A stretch of DNA of 62,522 nt, filler included, from Chloroflexota bacterium (GTDB lineage: Bacteria > Chloroflexota > Chloroflexia > QHBQ01): assembly GCA_043754535.1 (NCBI GenBank). It is 6 parts of 6 records of this genome, joined end to end, with 100 filler letters (N's around TTAATTAATTAA, not from the genome) between each part and the next. Parts side by side here need not be neighbours in the genome. Positions count along the whole stretch, not along the records: positions 1 to 18,962 come from JAYUUN010000007.1; 5 more parts are not named here. One strand, 5' to 3'. How positions within the stretch are numbered: position 1 is the stretch's first letter; the number at the start of each line of letters is the position of its first letter. The position numbers and the translations under genes are program-made. Of the stretch, positions 1-9,658 are shown one piece after another. Under the pieces are notes generated by a model, which saw nothing but the letters and a program-made list of their open reading frames with translations, did not search any database and had not been told where the DNA came from.

Positions 1-1
1 A

Positions 2-859
2 GGCAGCACCTTCACGATCCTACTGGCGGAGCTTGGCTGGCTGGAAATCCTTTGCCCACACTGCCACAGCGAGTACATCGTAAGGAACCAGGCAACAGAA
101 GCGCAGCGGCTGTACAATGAACTGGCCGCCCTACCAGGGCAGCAGAGAGTGTACAGCGAGCAGCCAATCTACCTTTGGCAGCAGCAGCTTGCAGCAGGTA
201 CGCTCACAGTACAGCAGCTACGGCGCAAGCTGTTTACCGATGCAGGGATTAGCAATTATTATAACGACTTTGTGACCGACTCCTACGCTCACGATCTGCG
301 GACGCGCAAGCTGTGGTACTCTGAGAACCGGCTGGGGCTTGGTTTCAAGCACCCGGAGATAAAACTGCGAGCGGCAGCAGTAGAGAAGGCGAAAGAGATC
401 GAGAAGCAGCTTGATCGGGTGGTACATGGTAAGAGTATTGCCCACAATATCGAAGCGATCCGCAACTACGGTGGCCTGCGCCTGGTTGTTGCGCCAGCAG
501 GGGTGACAGCTGAGGGCTGCTACCTGTTCCACTCCACTCACAAGGCCAGGCGTATAAAGAACTGGTTGGCGATGTTGCAGTATGTGGGACAGATGACCGC
601 CTATCTGCTCGATCTCCCTGGTGTGACTACCCATGTCTATTGTAGCAGCAATGGTAAAGAGCAGCTTGTGTACGAGCCGCTAGACAAAGAGGCCGCCAAG
701 CGTTCACTGCACTACGCTAATGAGGAGCTACACCACTGGACAAGTGCGGCAGAGACCAGGAGCGGGGAGATTTTATGGACACTACAATCACCCAACAAGC
801 GATCCGCGAGCTTGGCTACCCACGCTACGTGCGTACCTCTGACCTGGTGTGGCTGGTGA
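2..859 (+). CDS. 5'-truncated hypothetical protein, degenerate PD-(D/E)XK/Cas4-like fold, paralogue of the next gene
   Basis: Frame is open from base 2 (GSTFTILLAELGWLEILCPHCH...LPGQQRVY). Shares LPGQQ..Y....W..Q.A.G.LT..QLR and G.L.LV.AP.G.T....Y.F.S blocks with 775..1443. Confidence 0.6.
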   Translation, partial: GSTFTILLAELGWLEILCPHCHSEYIVRNQATEAQRLYNELAALPGQQRVYSEQPIYLWQQQLAAGTLTVQQLRRKLFTDAGISNYYNDFVTDSYAHDLRTRKLWYSENRLGLGFKHPEIKLRAAAVEKAKEIEKQLDRVVHGKSIAHNIEAIRNYGGLRLVVAPAGVTAEGCYLFHSTHKARRIKNWLAMLQYVGQMTAYLLDLPGVTTHVYCSSNGKEQLVYEPLDKEAAKRSLHYANEELHHWTSAAETRSGEILWTLQSPNKRSASLATHATCVPLTWCGW

Positions 860-1443
860 GCAACCCGCTCTCGATCTGGAAGCACATCCTCAACCGTGAG
901 CCGGACACCCGCGACACCTACGAGCGGCTGATCACGCTGCCTGGGCAGCAGGAGCAGTACGAGGCCGATAGCTACAGCGAATGGCGGCGGCAGATAGCGG
1001 AGGGCAAGCTGACCGAGGAGCAGTTGCGCCACGCCCTTGTTACTCACTACGATCCCCGCTTCCTCGACGTGATGCTTGACCGCACCCTGCACGCCGAACC
1101 GTATCCCGCCGCCCGCGCCGCTGCGCCCTTTGGCAGCCTCTACCTGGTTGCGGCCCCCGACGGCTTGACCGATGAGTTTGCCTACGAGTTCCGCTCGGTT
1201 GGCACAGCCGATGCCCTAGAGCGGCAGTTTACCGCGATGCAGCTACTATCTCAGCTTGATGCTTACCTGCTGGGTCGCCAGACTGCCGTTGCCCACATCT
1301 ACGTGCGCCGCACCGCTAGCGACGAGCGCAGCGCAGAGCCGCTGGACGCACAACTGGCCCGCGACTTCCTGAGCAAAGCTGAAGCGATGCTACAAGAGAT
1401 TTCGGAGCAGTTGGCCGCCAACTTCAAGCCGCAAGCTGCGTAG
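775..1443 (+). CDS. hypothetical protein, PD-(D/E)XK/Cas4-like nuclease fold (APDG...YEFRS...QLDAY)
   Basis: 222 aa ORF with GGAG RBS; motif spacing resembles RecB/Cas4-type nucleases with a K->R change. Confidence 0.6.
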   Translation: MDTTITQQAIRELGYPRYVRTSDLVWLVSNPLSIWKHILNREPDTRDTYERLITLPGQQEQYEADSYSEWRRQIAEGKLTEEQLRHALVTHYDPRFLDVMLDRTLHAEPYPAARAAAPFGSLYLVAAPDGLTDEFAYEFRSVGTADALERQFTAMQLLSQLDAYLLGRQTAVAHIYVRRTASDERSAEPLDAQLARDFLSKAEAMLQEISEQLAANFKPQAA

Positions 1444-1517
1444 ACCCACCCGTACCCTGCGCGGGGGCGCAGCAGGAAGACTGCCACCTCGCGAGTAGAT
1501 CATCATAAAGGAGCAAC

Positions 1518-1934
1518 ATGGACAACACACTTGGCAAGAGCAACAAGCAGGCGATCCGCAGCGATGCCGCCCCTGCCCCCATCGGCCCTTATTCGCAGGC
1601 GATCCAGGTTGGCAACCTCGTCTTCTGCTCTGGTCAGACTCCACTAGACCCCGCTACCGGCCAGATACCCGATCAGTTGTGGGACATAGGCCGCCAGACC
1701 AGGCAGGTGTTGGAGAACCTCAAGGCGGTGCTGGCGGCAGCGGGCTGCCAGATGAGCGATGTGGTCAAGACAACAGTGTTTCTGCAACACATCAGCGACT
1801 TTGCTGAGATGAACAAGATTTACGCTGAATACTTCCCCACCGACCAGCACCCACCCGCTCGCTCCACTGTGGAGGTAGGTCGCCTGCCGAAGGACGCGCT
1901 GGTGGAGATTGAGTGCATCGCCACACTCGGCTGA
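1518..1934 (+). CDS. ridA: RidA/YjgF/UK114 family enamine deaminase
   Basis: [55 protein letters not shown]. Confidence 0.95.
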   Translation: MDNTLGKSNKQAIRSDAAPAPIGPYSQAIQVGNLVFCSGQTPLDPATGQIPDQLWDIGRQTRQVLENLKAVLAAAGCQMSDVVKTTVFLQHISDFAEMNKIYAEYFPTDQHPPARSTVEVGRLPKDALVEIECIATLG

Positions 1935-1955
1935 TCGCAACTTGCTCATCTCTGC

Positions 1956-1991
1956 CAAAAAAGGGTACGCAGCCACTTAGCCGCGTACCCT
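1956..1991 (-). terminator. intrinsic terminator after EF-G gene (between convergent genes)
   Basis: Minus strand AGGGTACGCGGC-TAAGTG-GCTGCGTACCCT followed by a T run. Confidence 0.75.
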
Positions 1992-2022
1992 CCTCTGCAC
2001 TGCCCCGTTGCAGGCTGGTTCG

Positions 2023-4143
2023 CTAGTGCGCTGGGTGGCCGCCGTTCAGTTCGACCTCGTGCTTGTGCTTCTCGATCACCTTCTGGGCAACGTTGTTGGG
2101 AGCCTCCTCGTAGCGGGTGAAGTGCATGGTGAACACCCCACGCCCCTGGGTAATGCTCCGCAAGTCGGCAGCGTAGTTCTGCACCTCGGCCAGGGGCGCG
2201 CTGGCCTGGATCACAGTGCTACCGCCACCGTCTGGGTTCATGCCCATCACGTGAGCGCGCTTGGTGTTCAGGTCGCTCATCACGTCGCCAGAGTAATCGT
2301 CTGGCACCGTAATCTCCATCTCGTAGACTGGCTCCAGCAGGATTGGCTGCCCGCTCATCACCCCCTGCTTAAACGCCTGGTTGGCAGCGATCTTGAACGA
2401 CATCTCGCTGCTATCCACATCGTGGTAGCTGCCATTGATCAGTACGGCGCGGATACCCGTCACTGGGTAGCCAGCCAGCACCCCCTCGTGCATAGCCTCG
2501 CGCACCCCCTTCTCGACCGCTGGGAAGAAGTTGCGTGGTACTGTACCGCCCACCACCCGCTCGGCAAACTCGAAGTCGCCCCCATCATGCAGCGGCTCAA
2601 GCTCAAGGATCACATGGCCGTATTGTCCATGCCCGCCACTCTGCTTCTTGTGCTTGTACTCGGCGTGGCTCACCTTCATCTTGATCGTCTCACGGTAGGG
2701 GATGCGGGGTAGAGAGACCGTCACCGCTACGCTATACTTGCGCTGCAAGCGGTCGGCGGCGATGGCAATGTGGCTATCGCCCATCCCGCTGAGGATGATC
2801 TCGCCGGTCTGTGGGTCGCGGCCCTGTTGCAGGCTGGGGTCTTCGTCCAGCAGGCGGTGGATAGCAGTACCCAGCTTGTCCATGTCAGCTTTGGTCTTGG
2901 GCATAACGCAGGCGGAGTAGAGCGGCTTAGGGAAGGTGATGCCGTCGAGGATCAGCGGATGGTTGGGGCCGCAGAGGGTGTCGCCAGTGCTGGTGTCCGC
3001 CAGCTTGTTGATCGTACCAATATCGCCCGCGACGATCTCCTGGGTTGCCTCCTGCTCCTTACCGCGCTGCACATGGAGGGTGCCGAGCCGCTCCTGCTTG
3101 CCCTTGTTCGCGTTCAGCACGGTCGCGTCGCTGTGCAAGGTGCCAGAGTAGACGCGTACATAGCTGATGTGGCCCATATAGGGGTCGGAGATTGTCTTGA
3201 AGACGAGGGCGGCCAGTTCACCGTTTGGATCAGGGTGGAGGTCAACATGGTTGCCGTTGCCGTCTTGTGCGTCAAGGTCATAGTATTCGTTAGGCGCAGG
3301 CAGCAGGTTGGTGATCGCATCCAGCAGTTGGCTGACCCCGATGTTGTTGAGGCCAGAGGCAATGAACAGTGGGGCGATCCGCCCATCCTTCGCGCCGTCA
3401 TGCAGGGCGTGCAGGATTTCGTCGTCGCTGATCTCCTCGCCGTCCAGGTACTTCATGGTCAGTGCGTCGCTGCACTCGGCTACGCGCTCGATCAGTTGCT
3501 CGCGGTAGGCTTCCGCGCTGGCCCTCAGGTCTGCGGGGATGTCGCCCTCCTCGAACTTACCGTCGCCCGCCCGCCCACTCGCCTGTGCGTAGGTGAAGGC
3601 TCTCATGTGCCAGAGGTCGATCACCCCGCGAAAGAGGCTGCTGCCGCCAATCGGTATCTGCATCGGCACGATCAGTTTGCCAAAGCGGTTCTGGATTTGC
3701 TCTATCGTGCGCTCGAAATTGGCGTTGTCCCGATCCATCTTGTTGACGACGAAGATGGCGGGCAGGCCACGTTCGCGGGCGTAGCGCACCACCATCTCGG
3801 TGCCAACCTCCACCCCAGCCACCGCATCCACCAGAATCAGGGCTGCGTCGGCCACACGCATCGCCTCTTTGACTTCGCCGACGAAATCGGCATAGCCGGG
3901 GGTGTCTAGCAGGTTGATCTTGCAGCCGTTCCACTCCACGGGGGCCAGGCCGACGTTGACCGAACTGTGCCGCTTGACCTCATCGGGGTCGTAGTCAGTG
4001 ACGGTGTTCCCTTCGTCAATACGCCCGACGCGGCTGGTCGCCTTGCCTGCAAAGAGCATCGCCTCGGTTAGCGAAGTCTTACCCGCACCGCTGTGCGAAA
4101 ACAGGCCGACGTTACGCAACTGCTCCGTCTTATAGCTCCTCAT
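2023..4143 (-). CDS. fusA: elongation factor G, EF-G2-type paralogue
   Basis: 706 aa; SHSGAGKT, DTPGY, NKMD, KKQSGGHGQYGHV, YHDVDSSEMSF, LRSITQGRG; not flanked by rpsG/tuf. Confidence 0.93.
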   Translation of the reverse strand: MRSYKTEQLRNVGLFSHSGAGKTSLTEAMLFAGKATSRVGRIDEGNTVTDYDPDEVKRHSSVNVGLAPVEWNGCKINLLDTPGYADFVGEVKEAMRVADAALILVDAVAGVEVGTEMVVRYARERGLPAIFVVNKMDRDNANFERTIEQIQNRFGKLIVPMQIPIGGSSLFRGVIDLWHMRAFTYAQASGRAGDGKFEEGDIPADLRASAEAYREQLIERVAECSDALTMKYLDGEEISDDEILHALHDGAKDGRIAPLFIASGLNNIGVSQLLDAITNLLPAPNEYYDLDAQDGNGNHVDLHPDPNGELAALVFKTISDPYMGHISYVRVYSGTLHSDATVLNANKGKQERLGTLHVQRGKEQEATQEIVAGDIGTINKLADTSTGDTLCGPNHPLILDGITFPKPLYSACVMPKTKADMDKLGTAIHRLLDEDPSLQQGRDPQTGEIILSGMGDSHIAIAADRLQRKYSVAVTVSLPRIPYRETIKMKVSHAEYKHKKQSGGHGQYGHVILELEPLHDGGDFEFAERVVGGTVPRNFFPAVEKGVREAMHEGVLAGYPVTGIRAVLINGSYHDVDSSEMSFKIAANQAFKQGVMSGQPILLEPVYEMEITVPDDYSGDVMSDLNTKRAHVMGMNPDGGGSTVIQASAPLAEVQNYAADLRSITQGRGVFTMHFTRYEEAPNNVAQKVIEKHKHEVELNGGHPAH

Positions 4144-4496
4144 TGAGTTTAGCCTCCTGGTGACAGTTGTTAGGATGTATCAAGCTAACACGCTTCGTCC
4201 CCTCGCCTACTACCTCCGAGTTTGTGGGGGCGGGTGGGGTAGGGCGCAGGCGTGTAATCTTGTCTCTTGGCTTAAAGCTGTTGGTAGTGGACATTATAGC
4301 GCAGCCGTCAAGGGTTTGGCAACGCAAGCAGCTAGCCTTGAAATGGTTATCTGTATCCCATAACTAGGGTCTTCCATCACTCATTCCGCAAAACCGCAGG
4401 CGCAGACTGCTACATGGCAACGAGTTCTGTGCTACGATAGCATTATGGCAAAGAGAAGTCAGCAGCTAACTAGCTAAACCTGAAGGAGGGACAAGA

Positions 4497-5150
4497 ATGA
4501 AGGCCCATAACTTGGCTGTCTACCTGGTGTTCTCTGCTGTCCTAGTAGCAACACTGACCATCTCTGCTTGCTCCTCATCCGTGCCGTCTGCACAGGCGGT
4601 GGGTTCAGCTCTTGACACGCCCACCATCTCCGGCTCTCAGTACGCTTATAAGAGCAATATGCTTGGTCTAAGCCCTCAGCAGGTGGCACAAGCTGCACAG
4701 TCCCACGCTACTGTCCACCTCCATTCACCTACTAGCACGCAAGTAGTTTACGCCCAGGTTATTACCCCGGAACAGATGCCCAATATGGGCCTACCTTGCC
4801 GCAGCTATGCGACTATCGAGACACCGCCGCTGGTGCTGGTCGTCCTCAAAGGGGATTTTAACACCAGCGGCTTGAAGGGCCATCGTGGTAGCCCTGAGCG
4901 TGTGCAGTACCTGGCCTACCTCTACGATATCTGGGCGGGAGTGCCGACAATGACGTTCACATCATCTGGTGGCGGTACCTTCCGCAAGCTACTCAACGAC
5001 CCTACGATTGCGGAGGACTACCCCAACCAGTTTGCCGAGCAAGATCAGCAACTCCCTTGCCCCACAAAAGCTCCTGGTTATACACACTATGGCAACCTGG
5101 TTGACCCCTTGCCTGACGCTGCAAGTGTTCTAGCAACCCCTAACCCGTAA
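4497..5150 (+). CDS. hypothetical lipoprotein
   Basis: AGGAGG RBS, hydrophobic N-terminus with lipobox-like ISAC; no recognised family. Confidence 0.7.
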   Translation: MKAHNLAVYLVFSAVLVATLTISACSSSVPSAQAVGSALDTPTISGSQYAYKSNMLGLSPQQVAQAAQSHATVHLHSPTSTQVVYAQVITPEQMPNMGLPCRSYATIETPPLVLVVLKGDFNTSGLKGHRGSPERVQYLAYLYDIWAGVPTMTFTSSGGGTFRKLLNDPTIAEDYPNQFAEQDQQLPCPTKAPGYTHYGNLVDPLPDAASVLATPNP

Positions 5151-5171
5151 GCAGCACAAGCATTTAGCTGA

Positions 5172-5204
5172 AGGCTCCTGCCCACGCAGGAGCCTCCTTA
5201 CTTT
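5172..5204 (+). terminator. probable intrinsic terminator
   Basis: AGGCTCCTGC-CCAC-GCAGGAGCCT hairpin with a weak T tail. Confidence 0.55.
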
Positions 5205-5297
5205 GTCCTGCAACCTGCCAGCCTTCAGCCTGGTCTAACTTGAAGCGTAGTACCCCTACTATGGTATAATTGGTACAAGCACGGAGGTATCTGGCCG

Positions 5298-6323
5298 ATG
5301 GACAGCGTGGTGATTGACATTGTGGTGGCGGTTTTGCTGGTTGCGTTCGCGGGGATCGGGGCGGCGCGGGGCGCAGTGCGTGAGGTGATCGCCACTGGCG
5401 GCATCTTGCTAGCCGCCTTCTTCAACGAACGCTGGGGCGTGCTCTGGTCGTCCGACACTGCCAGCGTGTTTGGCCTCGGCTCGCTTGATGCGTCGCTGGC
5501 AACCTTTCTCACCATCTTCGGCGCGATAGTGCTGCTGGTCAACTACGCTGCGCCTGCCGTGCTGCTGCGCCACGTGCGCCTACCGAAGGATCGCACCAGC
5601 CGCACTCTCGGCCTGCTCTTTGGCATCTTCAATGGCAGCCTGGTTGCCGCCTACCTGCTCACCTACCTGCAAGCCTTTGGCTACAGTAACAGTGCAGCTA
5701 GCCCCATTCTTGCCTCAGCCAGCGGCCAATTTCTGCTCGACTGGGCAAGCTGGGGGCTGCTGGCCGTAGTGATCGGCCTGCTGTTCTTCACTATCGCCAG
5801 TGCGTTCGTACGCAGCAGCCGCACCCTGACTGGCCCTGATGTGCAGGCGGTCTACGGCCCCAGCGCGGCGCAGCAGCCTGGCTTGCAGCCGACCGTAGCT
5901 CAGCCCAGCGTGATCACCCCCGGTAGTTCCCCCCTGCTCAACTACAGCCGCCCAGCCCACCCCAATGCTGCCCCTGGCACCAATGCCTACGCTCCCACTG
6001 CTGCCAACCCAGTCTACAGCCCTCCACGCCCAGCCACGCCAGCCCCTGCCTACCTGGGCAACAGCTATCCCGTGCAGCAAGCGGCCTATCCCCGCCCTGA
6101 CAGCGGCAACTACCCCCACTCGTCAGCCAGTGGCAGCCTAACTGCCTTTGGCAACGGTAGCAGTGCGCCTGAACCGCCTACCAACCTGATGCCTGCCTTC
6201 CCTGGGCCGAGCAGCGGCGCGAATCCTGCTAGCAACACAGCGGCACGTACCTGCCCGCACTGTGGTACTGAACTATTCACCAGCGGCCCGTTCTGCATCA
6301 ACTGCGGCAAACGCCTCAACTGA
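5298..6323 (+). CDS. CvpA family membrane protein with Pro-rich linker and C-terminal zinc ribbon
   Basis: G..RGAVREV and RTLGLLFGIFNG CvpA motifs; CPHCG...FCINCG tail. Confidence 0.8.
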   Translation: MDSVVIDIVVAVLLVAFAGIGAARGAVREVIATGGILLAAFFNERWGVLWSSDTASVFGLGSLDASLATFLTIFGAIVLLVNYAAPAVLLRHVRLPKDRTSRTLGLLFGIFNGSLVAAYLLTYLQAFGYSNSAASPILASASGQFLLDWASWGLLAVVIGLLFFTIASAFVRSSRTLTGPDVQAVYGPSAAQQPGLQPTVAQPSVITPGSSPLLNYSRPAHPNAAPGTNAYAPTAANPVYSPPRPATPAPAYLGNSYPVQQAAYPRPDSGNYPHSSASGSLTAFGNGSSAPEPPTNLMPAFPGPSSGANPASNTAARTCPHCGTELFTSGPFCINCGKRLN

Positions 6324-6337
6324 AGGGAGCATCAGCG

Positions 6338-7753
6338 ATGGCCACCCGTAGCCCCGGCTCCACCACCCGCCCCAGAGCGCGGGTCGTCAACGATCTGCTC
6401 GATAGCCGCTGGCTACGTGGCCTGATCTTCCTCCTTTTTCTGATCGCCGCCTTCTACGTCTTGAGCGTCACCTGGACCTTCCTCGGTGGCTTCCTCGGCA
6501 CCTTCGCCGACACCCTGATCCTGTTCTTCCTTGCCTGGCTGATTGCGGCTCTGCTCCGCCCTGTCGCTCGTCGCCTGGAGGGTCTGCATCCGTTCGGCCC
6601 GAAGAACACAATCAGTCATGGCATGGCTGCTAACCTGGCCTTCCTCAGCTTGATTGTCGGCATCATCTTGCTTGGTCTGTTGATCATCCCCACCCTAATT
6701 ACTCAGGTTTCCGGTACCGTCAGGTATTTGACAGACCCTACATCTAGCTTCCAATCTGATCTTGCTGGTTGGCAGAAGTTTGGCGAGGATCAGCTAAAGA
6801 ACTTCGGTATCAGTCCCGACAGCCTCAACCAGTTCACCAGCGGGTTGACCAGTTCGGCGGTGACGGTAGGGCAAGGTACGCTCGGCTTCCTTGCTGGGCT
6901 AGGTGGCGCACTTGCCAATGTAATTATCCTGCTGATCCTTGCCTTCATCTTCATCAGCGACGGTGACCGTATTGGCGGCAGCCTGCTCAACATTGTACCA
7001 GTGCGCTTCCGCGAACAGACCCGCCTCCTGACCAGCAGCATCGAGGTCAGCTTTAGCGGCTTCCTGCGTGGTCAGACCCTGCTTGGTATCATCTACGGGG
7101 CGGCGGTGCTGCTGATCAGCATCCCCTTCAACCTACCCTTTGGCTTGCTAGCGGCTATCGTCAGTGCGATCTTCATGCTAGTGCCTCTGGTCGGTTATGT
7201 GGCGGCCTATCTGCCCCCCGTGCTGATCACCCTCCTTAGCCCCAACGCAGGCAACTGGTGGATCGTGCTGATCATCGTTGCACTAATCCAGGCGGTGATT
7301 GTCAACGTAGTTAGCCCGCGCATCATGAGCAAGTCGCTTGGTATCCACCCACTGGTCTTCTTCCTTGCCCTGCTAGTTGGCAGTAAGGTGGGCGGGGTCT
7401 GGGGCGCATTGTTTGGTGTGCCGATTGCGGGTGTGCTGAACGTGATGTTCTCGCAGCTCTTTACCTCATTCATCAAGGATAGCAACTGGTTCACCCAGTC
7501 GCCGCAAGGCTGGCAGCGGGTGGAAGGCTTTGAAGAAGATGAAGTGATGGCAGAGAGTGACGTGATTGTTGAAAGCCCTGTAGACCGTATCAAGCAGGCG
7601 GTAGCGGTCAACGTCAGTCATGGCCCCGAAGCACAAGGTGTGACCATCAGGACCAGCACTGGCAGCGAGCCATCCAGCATGACGGTCAGCACCAACCAGA
7701 GCGGGGATGTTAATGTGAACATCCCTGCCAACCAGGGATTCTCTACCAAGTAG
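6338..7753 (+). CDS. AI-2E family transporter (PerM/UPF0118)
   Basis: FLRGQ, VPLVG, PRIMSKSLGIHP, GVWGALFGVP motifs. Confidence 0.9.
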   Translation: MATRSPGSTTRPRARVVNDLLDSRWLRGLIFLLFLIAAFYVLSVTWTFLGGFLGTFADTLILFFLAWLIAALLRPVARRLEGLHPFGPKNTISHGMAANLAFLSLIVGIILLGLLIIPTLITQVSGTVRYLTDPTSSFQSDLAGWQKFGEDQLKNFGISPDSLNQFTSGLTSSAVTVGQGTLGFLAGLGGALANVIILLILAFIFISDGDRIGGSLLNIVPVRFREQTRLLTSSIEVSFSGFLRGQTLLGIIYGAAVLLISIPFNLPFGLLAAIVSAIFMLVPLVGYVAAYLPPVLITLLSPNAGNWWIVLIIVALIQAVIVNVVSPRIMSKSLGIHPLVFFLALLVGSKVGGVWGALFGVPIAGVLNVMFSQLFTSFIKDSNWFTQSPQGWQRVEGFEEDEVMAESDVIVESPVDRIKQAVAVNVSHGPEAQGVTIRTSTGSEPSSMTVSTNQSGDVNVNIPANQGFSTK

Positions 7754-7774
7754 CCAGCTAGCTGGCTAGCATCT

Positions 7775-8227
7775 TTACAGGGTGCAGCGGCTCGCGCTCT
7801 CCTGCTCTAACTGCCCACTGCCTGGTGGCGGCCAAACGATCAGCCAGTTGTTAGCCTGGCGCAGGAGAACGGCGGTTTCGTTCTGCGCCGTCTTGCTGCC
7901 ATCCTCCAGCGTCAGTTCGATGCTGTAGCTGACGGCGGCCCGACTACCCGCAATGATCGGCCTGTCACTCACCTTGAGGACAGCAATATCCTTGATCTTC
8001 GCTGCCATCCGTGCCTGCTTCAGCCGCCCACTGAACGCATCCGCCGTTAGCTTCGAGCGCGAGTCCTCGCTGATCAGTGTGTATGCGTCGTTGTACCGCT
8101 CCTCCTTCTGGGCCTGGAGAAACTTGCTGACGACGGTCGGTGGCTCATCGGTTGGCGTGCCGCTGTCGCAGGCTGCGACGGAGAGGGAGAACAGCAGTAG
8201 CCCCACCAGTAGAAGCGTTTTCCGCAA
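7775..8227 (-). CDS. lipoprotein, NTF2-like (DUF4878-like)
   Basis: Lipobox VAAC; 'VVSKFLQA....YNDAYTLIS' and terminal W.I pattern. Confidence 0.65.
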   Translation of the reverse strand: MRKTLLLVGLLLFSLSVAACDSGTPTDEPPTVVSKFLQAQKEERYNDAYTLISEDSRSKLTADAFSGRLKQARMAAKIKDIAVLKVSDRPIIAGSRAAVSYSIELTLEDGSKTAQNETAVLLRQANNWLIVWPPPGSGQLEQESASRCTL

Positions 8228-8264
8228 GTAGCCACCTCAATCTGCCCCACAGGGCCACACCCTA

Positions 8265-9644
8265 TCAGTGGGCGATATAGCCCTCGCCCAATGCGCCGAT
8301 GCTACGGTCGTAGGCGGTAAAGCCGATCCAGCCGTCGCGGTCGAGGTCGCTAGCGGCAACCAGTTCTGCACCGCGGGTGGCCCAGGTTGTGGCAGGCATC
8401 CGCCCCTTGTAGCCAGCGTTCAGCACGTAATGTGCGGCCAGCCCCTGCACGAACTGGCCGGGGTTGGCATAGCGGTCGTTGGTTACCAGCAGGTCTGCCT
8501 TCTGGCTGCTCTGCAATATGGTAGCTACCTGTTCGCTCATCGTGTCGATGGTGGCCGCCTGGGCAGCGGAGAGGCCGCCGACAGTGACCGCCACCGCGAC
8601 CTCGTAGAGCGCACCATTGATGTTGATGTTCACCTGCGCCCAGTTGGTCTGGCCGGGTAGCAGCAGCTTGCTGTCTGGCACGCTGAAGCTGAAGCTGAGG
8701 CCAGCGGTGGTGTCAAAGGCAGGCGGATCAGCCTTCAGCCAGGGGCTATTGCTGCTGACCGTCCCGCGCAGCAACACATTTTGCGGGTTGTCGCGCAGCA
8801 GCACGAAGGTATGGGCAGGGATCGCCGCGCCGCTCTGCCACACGCCGAGGTGGATCAGGCTGAAGCTGGTATCCAGTCGGGGTGCGTTCAGGCCACTCGT
8901 TTCGATCCCTGGTTGGCCGAGGGCGAAGGGAGCGCGCTCCAACCCTGCTGGCCGCATAGCGGCGGTGGGGCGCGGTGCAGGCGTAGCTGGCGGGGACGAA
9001 GCAGGTGGCATCCCACCTGCGGGGGCGGCCACGCTGACCGCCACCGAGGTGCTGTCGTCGGTGTTAGTGTCCCGGTCGCTGATGATCAGGGTCGCCTTAA
9101 AGCTGCCCAGTTTCTTGTAGACGTGTTCCGCTGTCACCCCCTCTGCCTTGCCGCCATCGCCAAAATCCCAGCGGTAGTGGCTGATCGCGCTGCCACCCTT
9201 GCTGTCGCGGCTGGCCGAGGCATCAAAGCGCACGCTCTGCTCGAAGGCGACTACGCTGGTGAGCGAGGTAGCGATCACGGCGCGGGGCGGCTGCGCCTTG
9301 CTATCTACCACCTTGATCGTGGCGGGCAGGGCTGGTAGCGGGGTGGCCTGCACGTCGCATAGGAATGCCGCCCGCACCGTATAATTGCCAGGCTGGGCGT
9401 AGGTGTGTGTCACCGGCCAGCCTTCGCCCGTGCCGCCGTCGCCAAAATCCCAGCGCACGGGGCAGGGGCTAGGCCGTTCCCCCAGGCCAAGTGTTACCTT
9501 CTCGCCCGGTGCGATTGTGGATTTGGAGGCACTCTGGTTGAGGTCGGTGCCGCCACCGCTAGCCCCTGAACCCTGCGGCAGCAGCAAGTAAGCGACCACT
9601 ATCACCAGCAGGCCGAGGGGAATAGTGCGCTGTCGTTGGCTCAT
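8265..9644 (-). CDS. secreted protein with two PKD domains and an Ig/BACON-like segment
   Basis: Two WDFGDG motifs with HTY..PG.Y / HVY...G.F; signal peptide. Confidence 0.85.
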   Translation of the reverse strand: MSQRQRTIPLGLLVIVVAYLLLPQGSGASGGGTDLNQSASKSTIAPGEKVTLGLGERPSPCPVRWDFGDGGTGEGWPVTHTYAQPGNYTVRAAFLCDVQATPLPALPATIKVVDSKAQPPRAVIATSLTSVVAFEQSVRFDASASRDSKGGSAISHYRWDFGDGGKAEGVTAEHVYKKLGSFKATLIISDRDTNTDDSTSVAVSVAAPAGGMPPASSPPATPAPRPTAAMRPAGLERAPFALGQPGIETSGLNAPRLDTSFSLIHLGVWQSGAAIPAHTFVLLRDNPQNVLLRGTVSSNSPWLKADPPAFDTTAGLSFSFSVPDSKLLLPGQTNWAQVNININGALYEVAVAVTVGGLSAAQAATIDTMSEQVATILQSSQKADLLVTNDRYANPGQFVQGLAAHYVLNAGYKGRMPATTWATRGAELVAASDLDRDGWIGFTAYDRSIGALGEGYIAH

Positions 9645-9658
9645 CGGGCAGTCTCCAC

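Noticed and set aside
2008..3909. Long antisense ORFs (also opposite glnA, ligA, DUF3160 and others)
   Set aside because: Shadow frames caused by GC-biased codon usage on the real strand; no motifs or RBS.
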